From: Sphagnum compactum
Lineage: Eukaryota
Direction: 5' to 3'
Assembly (NCBI GenBank): GCA_965153455.1
Contig: OZ234493.1
Location: 25,348,213 to 25,412,212 of the forward strand
DNA: 64,000 bases
The number at the start of each line of letters is the position of its first letter. The stretch's first letter is position 1. Below the pieces are notes generated by a model. It saw only the letters and a list, made by a program, of their open reading frames with translations. It searched no databases and was not told the DNA's origin. The translations under genes and the position numbers were made by a program. Positions 53,613-64,000 of the stretch are shown here, piece by piece.

Positions 53613-56600
53613 ACCCGACTCCCTACCGCGTTCATAAGAGATATTTTGCAAAAATCCTAGAAACCAATGACCCCAAAGCCGTGGATCGTGGGCTAAGCAT
53701 CCAGAATTTTGAAGACTTCGGCATTCACATCTTTCGTGCTGTCTGATCGCAAAAACAATTGTTTTTTGGATGGCAATCTATGTGCATTGTCGTAGTCTCG
53801 AAGTTTTGCAAATATCTCTTATGAATCGAACGAATACCTCTTATTCATTACCAGATGAATTTTGTTTCGATTTTTCTTCATTTCATGCTCCGCCTCCTTC
53901 ATGGTTTCTTTGCTCATCTCCTTCTCTATTATTAAGTTGTCGGAGGTCTGGGTCCATTTGTTGATGCACGACATTGACTTCTACCCAGTACCCGGAGATG
54001 ATAACCTGTAAGTGGGCTTGTTCTAGGAGCTGCTAACTGCCATACATGTTGCTTGTTTTATATCCATGATTGTCACTATTATTCAAATTGCTCCTCGGTG
54101 TTTTCTCTGCTTCAAAGGTTTGGGTTTTTCCTTTCTCTCTTTCTCATCTGATATGTTATCAGATCTAAAATCTCTATGTCTGCATTATTGGGTCATTGCT
54201 CGATTCTATTGAGATTAGCTTAAATCATAGACAGAGAAGTTGTCAATGTGGTGTGAACATTTCATGTTCACCATCTTCATTATAGAACTATCCTGCAATT
54301 TTGAGCTTGTGCTTTTGCTGAATGTTCGCTGTGTTGTGCTTGTAATTCTCTAAGGGGTTCCAAGTTGCATTCTCAAAATATGTGTGAGCAAACTGAGCAT
54401 ATATGGAGGAAAATGGGGCACATTGGTGATTGCATATAAAAAATGGCATTTTGTGCATGAAAGGTTTAAATGCCTTTGCAGCTTATAATCTAACAATTGA
54501 ATGAAAAACAACAATCTCAAAGAAATTCGTCCAAGCACTGTCTCAACTAAATACATGCCACTGTAGAAACATTCAAGCTCAAGGAAATTGGCAACACAAT
54601 ACCTGCTCTGGCAAAAAATCCTTGTAAATCATGCTGAACTAGGAAATTTTCTAAATGCTGCACACATGGGCATAGGGTCTATGCCCATCAGGCTACAAAA
54701 TGCACACGGTTTCAAGATATATGATGTTCAGTGAATGCTACAAGATCAAAGAATATACAACAAATACACAATACAATACACTGAGATAAGAAATTTTCAA
54801 ACAATCTGCTCAGAGATCCAACACAACCAAGTAGTCAATCTAACTCACAAGAATGACACATCCTTTCTTTACAGGTTGGACCATCGTATATAAAGTGAGT
54901 TTCATGACATACATCACTTTCTTCCATCATATATAAAGAAGTTTCATGACATACATCAACACCCTAAACCTTAAACCCTAGAACTTCCTGCCACAGATGA
55001 CATATAAAAAAGTTTCATGATCATACATGATTTTTAACCTCTTGAAATCTGACTGCCACAATTTGAGAACTGCAACAGAAATAAGGCATGTCCTTTACCT
55101 GCAGCTTCCACAGAACCACAATTCAGTGATCTCTGTTGACCATCAGGCAATGCAACTGCAAGTAGCAGCAGTTAAAAATGGACTAGAAGACGAGCAGCAG
55201 ATGTAAAGCAGTGACAGTCTCTCACTTCTCTCATCCTCTGACGTGTGTGTTTATAAGTACTTCCAGCTGCCATGAACATGAATGATCAAGTTCACAACAT
55301 TCACCAGACCTCAAATTGAATGCAACGTCAAATTGGTGTATGGGTGTGTAGAAGAAAAGAGAAAAGTTTTGTCATCTGCTGCTGCAAGAAAAGTACCCTT
55401 GCGATTCACAGCCACCTACATTGTGTCACATGGGTTTTGACATTTGAGCAAACCCTCCAACATGATGAAAATTGTCAAAATGAAAATTGTTGCCTGCATC
55501 CAAGCATCCTAATCTTGCTTTGCAGGATTGCAAGAAGGAACACATCTGCAATTCTTGACATGAAATAAAAACTCTTCTCAATGCTTTCACACATGGCATG
55601 ATGTCAAAGTGCAAAAGAGAGTCAGTACCTGATTTATCTCCTCACTGTTGAAACTGAGGTTTGGAGTAGACTGGTAGGGGTTCATCCACAACTGAATTAT
55701 AACCCGTACCTGGCTTTCAATGCATGGTGTGCTAGTGGCTGTTGATTTGCTTGGGTGTATCAACTAGGACCCCATAACCACTGAGTGAGATAGATGCAAA
55801 TGAAACAAAGGCAGATCACAACTTCTTACTCTAGAATACTACACATAGAAGACAACATTTGTTTTGTGACAATTGGAAACTGTACCTATTTCCCTAATTT
55901 TCTTCGAATACCTGCTAATTTATTATCTACTACTATTGTTGCTTGTCTGATTGGACATCAACAAGTGGTCACTTTACAAATTTGGAACATAAGGACTAAG
56001 GGGGTACTTAACTTTTGATTCTTTTGTCCCATGAATGTAATTCATTGTATTGACAATACTACCATCTCCAAACATCCATGGTGTTTAACCAACATAAGAA
56101 AATTTTGTAATGTTAACATTCTGTAATTGGGAATTTAAATTATGCGATTGATTTAGCATTATTTGAAATATTAAGATTATTTGCAAGTATTTTACATCTT
56201 TTTTGTATGACATCATTGAATGGAAGATGTTGAACTTTTAAATGAATTAGTGATTTACGAATTTTTTTGATGAAAAACGATAAAAAATTTATGATTTTTT
56301 TAATCTCTACGAGAGTAAATGAAATATAATAAAGAAGGTGTAATATGTAATTTTTTTTTAATGATTTGGTGTTATAATGAAGAGAAATTATTATTAAAAT
56401 AAGATGATTAAATGTTTTAGATGCGATTGTAGGATGTTAAATGGTGGATAAGTGGTCATTTAGTAAGTCATATTCATGTTGAATTAGTTTTTTTAAAAAA
56501 AAATTATTTCATGTGTTAATATATGTTGACAATACATGCACATATTTTTATATCATTGAAGTACTAGAAGTCATCAAGAACTTGTTTAAAGAATTAGCAG

Positions 56601-56679
56601 TTTTTGTAATTTAATTCATATTAGAATCTATTTTTTGTTTGAAGTTAATTCATTAATGGATGGTATAATAATTGAGAAA

Positions 56680-57560
56680 TATGGTCAGGTAATTTGAATG
56701 CAAAGTATATAGGGTTATCATTTGTTCCAATAAGCTTGTGTTGATCTAGTATGAAATTGTTGAGTTGGGGCATTAGTCCATATATATGGTTGATTTGTGT
56801 ATTATTAGGTGTCGTGCTTTCTATAAATGTAATATGAAAACCATGGGTATTCATGTAATTTTGTAATTTTATTATTCAATTGTATTTTTCAACATGTTTA
56901 TTTTAAAATCTCTAATTATTATGATTGGATAGTTAGTAGGAATTTTTGTAACTATGTTTTTTAAAATGGAAATGAAAAAATTTGAGTTCATTTGTGATGG
57001 TTTGTAAATTGCAATTATGTGTAAAACTTGTCATGTGTGTTCATTGAACAAAGCAATGAGAAATTTAGCAATATGATTTGTTTTTGAAAATGTATGTGAT
57101 AAGAATGTATTTGTATCAAAGAGTATCATTGTGCCATGTTAGTCATAACATGAAAGAATTTTGAATTTATTCAAAATACATTATAAATTTCTTCATGTGT
57201 TTGGAAATTTTGTATTTTTGTTTCATTTAAACAAAGAATATGTGATGCAAATAATGAGTATTTAAGGATTGTATGATAATAAATTCTTTATGATAGGATT
57301 TTAAAGAAGCAATTGTTATTTCAAATTGTGTAGTTGTTTTTAAACAATGCATTTACCTACTTGGAAATTCTTGTTTGACAATGGAAAAAGTAAGTATAAA
57401 TGTTCTTTAGAACGGACTTGAAATAATGTAGTATATGTTAAATCATGTTCTGTTATGCCACTTGAATCAAATGCAAGATGATCAAGAGTTAAACCTTGTG
57501 CTCAATGAATAGTGCGTGCTATAGCTAATTGGATGGGAAATTGAATTCATGTGATGATAT
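56680..57560 (-). mobile_element. Helitron/Helentron remnant: PIF1 helicase C-terminus followed by an AP-endonuclease-like (EEP) domain
   Basis: IIT*IQFPIQLAIARTIH*AQGLTLDHLAFD..LTYTTLFQVRSKEHLYL matches the PIF1 C-terminal helicase motifs. It is followed by IIIQSLNT, LCLNETK, AIYKP, II.DF.INML, QINHI(W)TN and PIYFAFKLP, the EEP motif order. Stops are TGA at expected Arg (CGA) positions. Confidence 0.75.
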
Positions 57561-58519
57561 GAAAAGGACTATTACTAATTTGTATTAATTTTTTGTTCTA
57601 TTGGCATGCATTTCTTGTCAATTGTAGGGAATTGTCAAAATGTGAAAGTTTTTGATTCACCACTTGTGTTTCAAACCTTCACTGGCCATTTCACTTTTAC
57701 TTCATACTTTACATGAATTATATTGTAACATTTAAAAGTATATCAACATTTGCACCAAGGGCGAGTTCATGCTTCCCAATGTCGTGCATCACATACATGT
57801 CCTTGCCGATATAATTGGGGTCCCACAACATGTATTCAAGTACTCGTCCATGTGTACAAAAATTGGGGCTAGTTTTTTTAGATGTCAAATTGGCATAGGA
57901 TGGTCACATCGTGGAATGATGACCTTAGGTATTTAAGGTTCAAATAAATGAACAACAAGTGGGTGCAAGAATGAATGGACCAATTTTTGGACTTTTTGAA
58001 AAAATTTATAAAATGCTTGACATTCTAATGACCATAAATATTTGATAGGTATTTTTTTCCCCATAGGGACTTAGTTTAAGGATACCAACTTGAATATGTA
58101 TTTATTCCATTTATTTAATTTTCATAATCAAGAAAAACACAAGAGATATGGACTTTCAAAGTCGAACATTATGTAATATAATCTTGACAACAATTTTTTA
58201 TATGGACTTTGAAATGGTCCAATCGTTTATGATGTGTTGATTAGGGACTTGATTTTTTTTAGATAATAAATTGAAAAAACTAAGTTTGAAAAGTTTTACA
58301 TGATGACATTTGTAAGATTTGATCTATGGACTTTTAAACAAGCTAAAAAAACTAGGGTTTTTTCAAAAGTCCATAAAATATTTAAATGGAAAACATTTTC
58401 AAGGAACCAATGGAAAACCTTTGTAATTCACTTTAACCCACAAAAAATACCCTTGTTTTGGACTTAAAAAATAGTAATTTCTTGTAGGCCATTGGTCCAC
58501 TCATTCATGCACCCACCCC

Positions 58520-59060
58520 AACCTGTAATGATCCACCATCATCATGTTGTTCATGCAATACATCTTCTTATGCGCATTATACCAATTCCTATGGGTGTCA
58601 TCATTTTAAAGCTCGTTGATTTTATTAAGAGTTCCAATCAATGAGTTCAAGATATCCCTAAATTTGACATATTTGCCTACATAGATTGGCCATCCTCAAT
58701 AGTGGGTCATTGAATCTCATTACGAACATAAGACATTAATGTAAGACACAACGAAAATGATGTTATCACATAAGACACTCTTACTCCAATTTCACATGAA
58801 TGCATTATACATCATTAAATTATCATGCTTCATGTACATAATGAAATTGTGATAATCCAAATTTGAGATCAACTTAGACAATCACCCAAAATGCGATGGG
58901 GCTCAGTTGTTGATCGTATATGCCCAATGATAGTATTGACCATTGCTTGAACCTACTTTTTAAACTTTCTCAAAATGAAGTTGGTCAAAGTCTTAAACAA
59001 ACCACATGTAGCTTGCATGGTGGCCAACACATCTTGCACAACAACATTTGGGTCCACTAA
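58520..59060 (-). mobile_element. Decayed PIF/Harbinger-like transposase remnant
   Basis: Fragments VVQDVLATMQATCGLFKTLTNF, FIMYMKHDN..YNAFM*NWSKS.LCDNIIF, LIGTL.KI and HKKMYCMNNMMVDH resemble the DDE_Tnp_4 IDGT..K..S.N region. Confidence 0.55.
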
Positions 59061-60352
59061 CTATCCAAAGACTCTCCTCTAGCTCTTTACAAGTAAAAAC
59101 CTCTCATTTATTGACAATAACTAATCTGAGACCACCATCTAGTGTTCCTTCTCCATCTCATCAAAGAGCTCCTCATCACTACTTGAGAAGGAGCTAGATC
59201 ACCACATGAGAAAGCATAATCATGGCTTGAAGATGAAGTTGTATCCCTTGAATTAGTGCTATTGGAAAAAAAGTGATGAGGAACTCTCACTTATATAACC
59301 CTGCCCTAGGATACTCCCTTGGGGACGCTTTCATTCAAAATAGAAAAAATGAAATTTTAAACCCCCCACCCACTTTTGAATTCTGGTCCCTAGTTTCCAG
59401 TTTCACCCATAGTTTGAGTGACTTTATGGACAACCACAATCACTGACTAGGCATGAAACAGAGGGTAAGGGGTGAAATAAGGTATGAATTTGTGGATAAC
59501 TTCAATGTGTGCAAAGTTTTGAATTGTCTTATTTCTGAAAACAAAATTTAGACAAACCTAGGAATGAATATTGTGACAAACTCTAGATGAAATATGGTCA
59601 TGTGGGCATTTGACAACAAATTTGGCTTGGTGTACAAAGAAAACTGAACAGATTTTATGCATTATATATATAGGTGAACATCAGACATTGTTTATAGGAG
59701 CCTTCAAGACCATTCAATGAAACACAGGTATATTCACAACATAAATCTTATGTCTTGAATTGTGAAAATTTAATAAAATTTTAATAGTCTACAAGACAAT
59801 TTTTCTTTCTTTTACAAAAAATTGAAAGGCAAACAAATTTTACTGAAATGACTCACTACTCCAAAATGTTTTTGCACATATATTTACATCAACGTCAGAT
59901 ATTACATAAGAATCTAGTTAAGTGCCACGATCACTCACAACAATGTCAACAATCCTAATCATGGAATTGGGAATTTGATGCCCACCCATTTCTAAATAGA
60001 AGAAGATAAAAACTAAAGCACCATTTGCATAGTGTTTCAAAGACAGAAAAAGAAAAGTGCTTATCCCACTTTTGGGGGTGTTACCAATCCGACCCATAGA
60101 GGGTTCTCCCAAGGCCTAATTACCTTACCCTAAGGTCAGTTTCGTCATTAAATAACTTCAAAATAATGAAATGAAAATTTGTGAGTATATATGAAGTTGA
60201 CATGTTGAAAATCATCATAATAATTATCATAGGCTACACTCTAAATATTTCACTCCTCATATCACAATATTACAGTAAACCATGGGAAAAATCAAAAATC
60301 AAATATTTGAAAACGATTTTTTTATTTGGGAAAAAATGAATTATTCGTTTTG

Positions 60353-61951
60353 TCAATGTGGAAACTGACTATTCGGGTACGGTATAAAGTGATGCACGTC
60401 CTCAAAATCCAAAGTGTTAGATGCACGTAAAAATTCCTCCTCTAATATGTGAAGGATCTCATCCCATCCAGGCCGTTGGTGAGGATCCTCGTCCCAACAG
60501 CGGTGCAGTAATTGTCTCATGCATGGCGCCTCGTCAGAAACGTCAGGTCTTTCGCCCGACAGAACAAGATCGTAGTCTGACATAGGATGGCCGTCAAAAG
60601 GAAGTTTCCCAGTGAGGAGCTCGTAACAGACCATGCCAAAACCATAAACATCCACAGCAGCTGAATATTCGACTTTTGTTCCATCCCGTAATGCTCGTAA
60701 CACTTCAGGTGCCCTGAAAAACCCTGTGCCCAAGACGCAATCCGAGCTCTCGTAGTCCCCAACTTTAACGTCAGCTTTAACTACTAGCCGGTAAGTATCC
60801 ATACTCAATTTACCTTTTCGTATAGGTGAAACAAGTATGTTGGAAGCCTTGAGTTCTTTGTGTATGAATCCGCATCCGTGCAGTTCTTTTATCCCTCTTG
60901 CAATTGCTCTCATCAGTTTGAGTCTTTCACGATAATAAAGAAACGACGAATTGAAGCGATCAATGAAATTCCGGAGATCACCTGCCATAAGTTCCATGAC
61001 TGTGGATACTCTTCCCTTCTCATCCACTGACACCCCAATCACTCGGCAAAGGCCAGAGTCATATCTCTTACAAGCTTTCATCACCCTTTCCATTTGCCTC
61101 TGCAACTCGCCCGCTTGAACTTGACAGCTTGTATATCTTTTCACCGCCACATCTTGCTGAGTTTTCAAGTACTTGGCCAAGAAAATTTTGGCCTGACCCC
61201 CTTGTGCGATTTTCCTCACAATTTTAAGCTCTGATGGATATATCCGTCGCACTAAGCGGAAACAAAGCTTCTCGTCCTCCTCATTTACACTAGTCTCCAC
61301 ACCACTTGGATCCTCCTCCTTCGCCGGCAGAGTCTGAGTCCAATAGGACTTAGGTGCCGTGCCGGAAAATATGGGTTTTACTCCTCCTGACGTCGTAGCC
61401 TCCTCGTCCTCCTCACTACTTGGATCCTCTCCTGAGGTCCTAGCCTCCTTGTCCTCATCATCACTAGTCTCCTCACCACTTGGATCCTCCTCCTCCGGCA
61501 GAGTCTCAGTCCTCTCCAACTTAGGTGCTGAGCCGGAATACATGGGTTCTACTCCTCCTCTTGTCATAGCCTGCACGTCCTCCTCATTTACACTAGTCTC
61601 CTCACCACTTGGATCCTCCTCCTCCGGCAGAGTCTCAGTCCACTCGCGCTTACGTGCTGAGCCGGAATTCATGGGTTCTACTCCTCCTCTTGACGTCGTA
61701 GCCTCAGTAGTCGGCAACTCTGTACTGCGTGCTGTTGTAGTAGACGTGCCCTTCTTCGGCTCCAACTCGGAGCTCGGGCTGCTGCCGGTGCCGAGGGCAC
61801 AAGTGTCTATCTTCAGCTCTTGGTCTTCGCCCGGCGAGGAGTGCACAACTGCAGATGTCTGTACTTGCATAACTGCAGCAAAATGAGAGGCCAACACGTA
61901 TTCTGCGCTTTCCACATGACTACCGACGCTTTTCGAATCTGTGCAGTCCAT
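60353..61951 (-). CDS. Intronless atypical TKL-like kinase-fold protein, paralog 2 (about 532 aa; probable pseudokinase, HKE)
   Basis: Long open frame with ATG at 61951. Motifs: IAQGGQAKI, VAVK, HKELKASNILV, KVGDYE, GTGFFRAPE, DVYGFGMVCYELL, CWDEDPHQRP. Clearly paralogous to 42841-44286. Confidence 0.9.
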   Translation of the reverse strand: MDCTDSKSVGSHVESAEYVLASHFAAVMQVQTSAVVHSSPGEDQELKIDTCALGTGSSPSSELEPKKGTSTTTARSTELPTTEATTSRGGVEPMNSGSARKREWTETLPEEEDPSGEETSVNEEDVQAMTRGGVEPMYSGSAPKLERTETLPEEEDPSGEETSDDEDKEARTSGEDPSSEEDEEATTSGGVKPIFSGTAPKSYWTQTLPAKEEDPSGVETSVNEEDEKLCFRLVRRIYPSELKIVRKIAQGGQAKIFLAKYLKTQQDVAVKRYTSCQVQAGELQRQMERVMKACKRYDSGLCRVIGVSVDEKGRVSTVMELMAGDLRNFIDRFNSSFLYYRERLKLMRAIARGIKELHGCGFIHKELKASNILVSPIRKGKLSMDTYRLVVKADVKVGDYESSDCVLGTGFFRAPEVLRALRDGTKVEYSAAVDVYGFGMVCYELLTGKLPFDGHPMSDYDLVLSGERPDVSDEAPCMRQLLHRCWDEDPHQRPGWDEILHILEEEFLRASNTLDFEDVHHFIPYPNSQFPH

Positions 61952-62100
61952 GTCTGGAATCAAGATTTAAGGCTATGAGAGATGGCTACTGGAGACTTGT
62001 TTTAGGTTTGATCAACCCGGGACAACTAACGAGAGAGCAAGCACTGAAAGATAGTACTTGACAGAGACTGCAAAAAGAACACTAGTTCTGAATACACTCT

Positions 62101-62281
62101 GTAACGAAGAAAGGAAAGAGAGTTTTGCACAGGGGAAGAAAGCAAGAACGAGACAAGTGCAATCAAGAAAGAGAAGAGAGTTTTGGACAGAGGAAGAAAG
62201 AAAGAATGAGACAAGACTAGTGCAATCAAAGAAAGAAAAGAGATTTTTGGACAGGGGAAGAGAGCAAAAACGAGACAAGTT
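62101..62281. repeat. Homologous tandem repeat, about 3 copies, in the leader of kinase 2
   Basis: Same unit (ttttggacaggggaagaaagcaagaacgagacaagt) repeated with small indels. Confidence 0.85.
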
Positions 62282-62324
62282 CAGGCGCAAGGAGAAGACT
62301 ATTTCAACAGCAAAAACATACCTA

Positions 62325-62331
62325 TTTTATA
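62325..62331 (-). promoter_or_regulatory. Putative TATA box of kinase paralog 2
   Basis: TATAAAA on the minus strand at the position homologous to 44707-44713. Confidence 0.55.
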
Positions 62332-62706
62332 GAGCTTGAGATAGATCAAGATCGCCGTGACTCGTTAGAAGAGATTCAACCAAAACCTGAGTTGCGAAGA
62401 AATCTTTTCAAGGAAGGAGACCCGCATAGGCAGCTTATATCAATGAACGCGAGAGAGTGTGAAAGATGGAGAACGCTTACGACCCTGAAACACATTGGGA
62501 GGAAGCTTCTGAACATGGATGGAGATACGGCGGAGAGCATTGCCGACAGCGGAAACAGACATGAAACACATTGGGTGGAAATATCTGAACGCGCGACTAC
62601 CGCGTTCATCAGAGCTCTTTCGCAATAACCCTCGAAGCCACTGTTCCACGAAGCCGTGGATCGTTCAATTTGCATCCAGAATCTTGAAGACTTTGGGTGA
62701 ACTTAA

Positions 62707-64000
62707 AGAGCCTTGGACCCACCCCATGGTTTGACTTGTGTTACTTCGAGTTGTTGCCTTGTTGTTTCGTCCTATTGCCTCGACCTGCTACTTTGTCACG
62801 TTGCATCGTTGCCTCATTGGACTACCTTGTTGCCTCATTGTCACGCTACTTCGCTACTTCATTTTATTGCTTCATCACCTTGCCTTGTTGCATCATCGCC
62901 TTACTTCACTACCTTCCCACGTTACTTCACTGCCTCGTTACCTGTTGCTGCTTCACTGCAATCGCACCTTAAGGACCTTTTGAACCCTCACCCCCCCCCC
63001 CTCGCCCGCCCCATTTGTTGGGCCCGCCCCATTTGTTGTTTCATTGCCTTCCTATTTCGTGCCTCACTACCTCATTGTCTTGCCACATGCTGCCTTGTGT
63101 TGGTTGGTACTTCCCTCCTCCCTCCTTATTTGTAGGGAGGAATTGGAGCTTAGAGAAACGAGTTCCCCAACAACCATTAAAGAAGGTTAAGTTTTTTTTT
63201 TTTTTTTTGGTACTATTTTTCGTTTGTTTGTTTTCTTTTGCTAAGTAGTTATTTTGTCTTAAATTTATTTTTTATTTTATTCCAATTTTATTTTTTTGAC
63301 TCTTGCAATATGTTTGTTTAGAACTATAATTTATTTTTTGTTTGTTAATGTGTAGGATATCCATAAACCCAAACAATTTTTTTAAAAACTTATCATTATA
63401 CATTTTTGTAATCTTAATGAGAGAAAAATGAGTGATTTTATTTTATTCCCTAACCTTTAACTCCATCGATTGTAAATTTTTTCTCAAAACTTTACCCATT
63501 TTTTTTGTAAATGTTTTTTTTAACTCGAAACGTTTGTGAATATTTGATTTTATTTATTTTTTAAATTTTTTTTGTGAATTTTTTGAAATTGTTTGTTACT
63601 CTCGTGTCTTTCTTAGCTCTGAAAATATTCTTGTGAAAACTACCAATGGAACAATCCTCTGTAGATGAAAATGTTGTAATTAGAAATAATGAAACAATTG
63701 AAATCTATATGAATGATGAAATTATGGAAGAAAATGTAAGTGGGCAAACAGAAACAAGCAAGAGAGCGTGTGGTTGAAATGTTTTTTGTTTGTGTCCAAA
63801 ATTAAATTTCCTTTTTAAAAGGTAGTTTTCACAAGAGATATTGCTAGGGTTAGTTGAAAAAACAAATCAACAGTATGTTCTTCCTGCATTAGCAAATTGT
63901 TTCTATGCAATAACTAGCTTTGATCTTTGGATGTCTAAGGGAACTTATGATTTTTTGCATTAGTGATCAATTTTTTGAGCAGTGATTGGTGGCCAAAACA
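62707..64000 (+). mobile_element. 5' part of a hAT element (low-complexity subterminal region plus decayed transposase), running off the window
   Basis: 63830-64000 translates to EILLGLVEKTNQQYVLPALANCFYAITSFDLWMSKGTYD.FALVINFLSSDWWPK, the first catalytic Asp region of hAT. 62740-63100 is ttgcct/cgtt-rich. The left boundary is inferred from loss of homology with the kinase-1 flank. Confidence 0.7.

Noticed and set aside
61359..61886. 175-aa plus-strand Ser-rich ORF
   Set aside because: Antisense shadow of the acidic repeats of kinase 2.

Overview
Eukaryotic, AT-rich, intron-containing land-plant DNA, not prokaryotic. The repeat and transposon content resembles what I recall from bryophytes, probably a peat moss (Sphagnum-like); this assignment is an inference. 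Four protein genes are supported: (1) a 14-exon glucosylceramide synthase on the minus strand (14694-19613); (2) a 5-exon UCH37/UCHL5-type deubiquitinase on the plus strand (30064-33180); (3, 4) two intronless, tandemly duplicated atypical protein kinases on the minus strand (42841-44286 and 60353-61951). The kinases are non-RD, have DYE in place of DFG, and the second has its catalytic Asp replaced by Glu. The rest is largely transposon debris: a full-length but mutated Ty3/gypsy LTR element in the promoter of kinase 1, a decayed Ty1/copia element, three hAT remnants (one split by a solo LTR with a perfect 5-bp TSD), a PIF/Harbinger remnant, a TIR element just upstream of the glucosylceramide synthase, and a Helitron remnant with a PIF1 helicase followed by an AP-endonuclease-like domain. 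The best candidate for an unusual system is the diverging kinase/pseudokinase pair. No rRNA, tRNA or CRISPR array was seen. All alignments and translations were done by eye.
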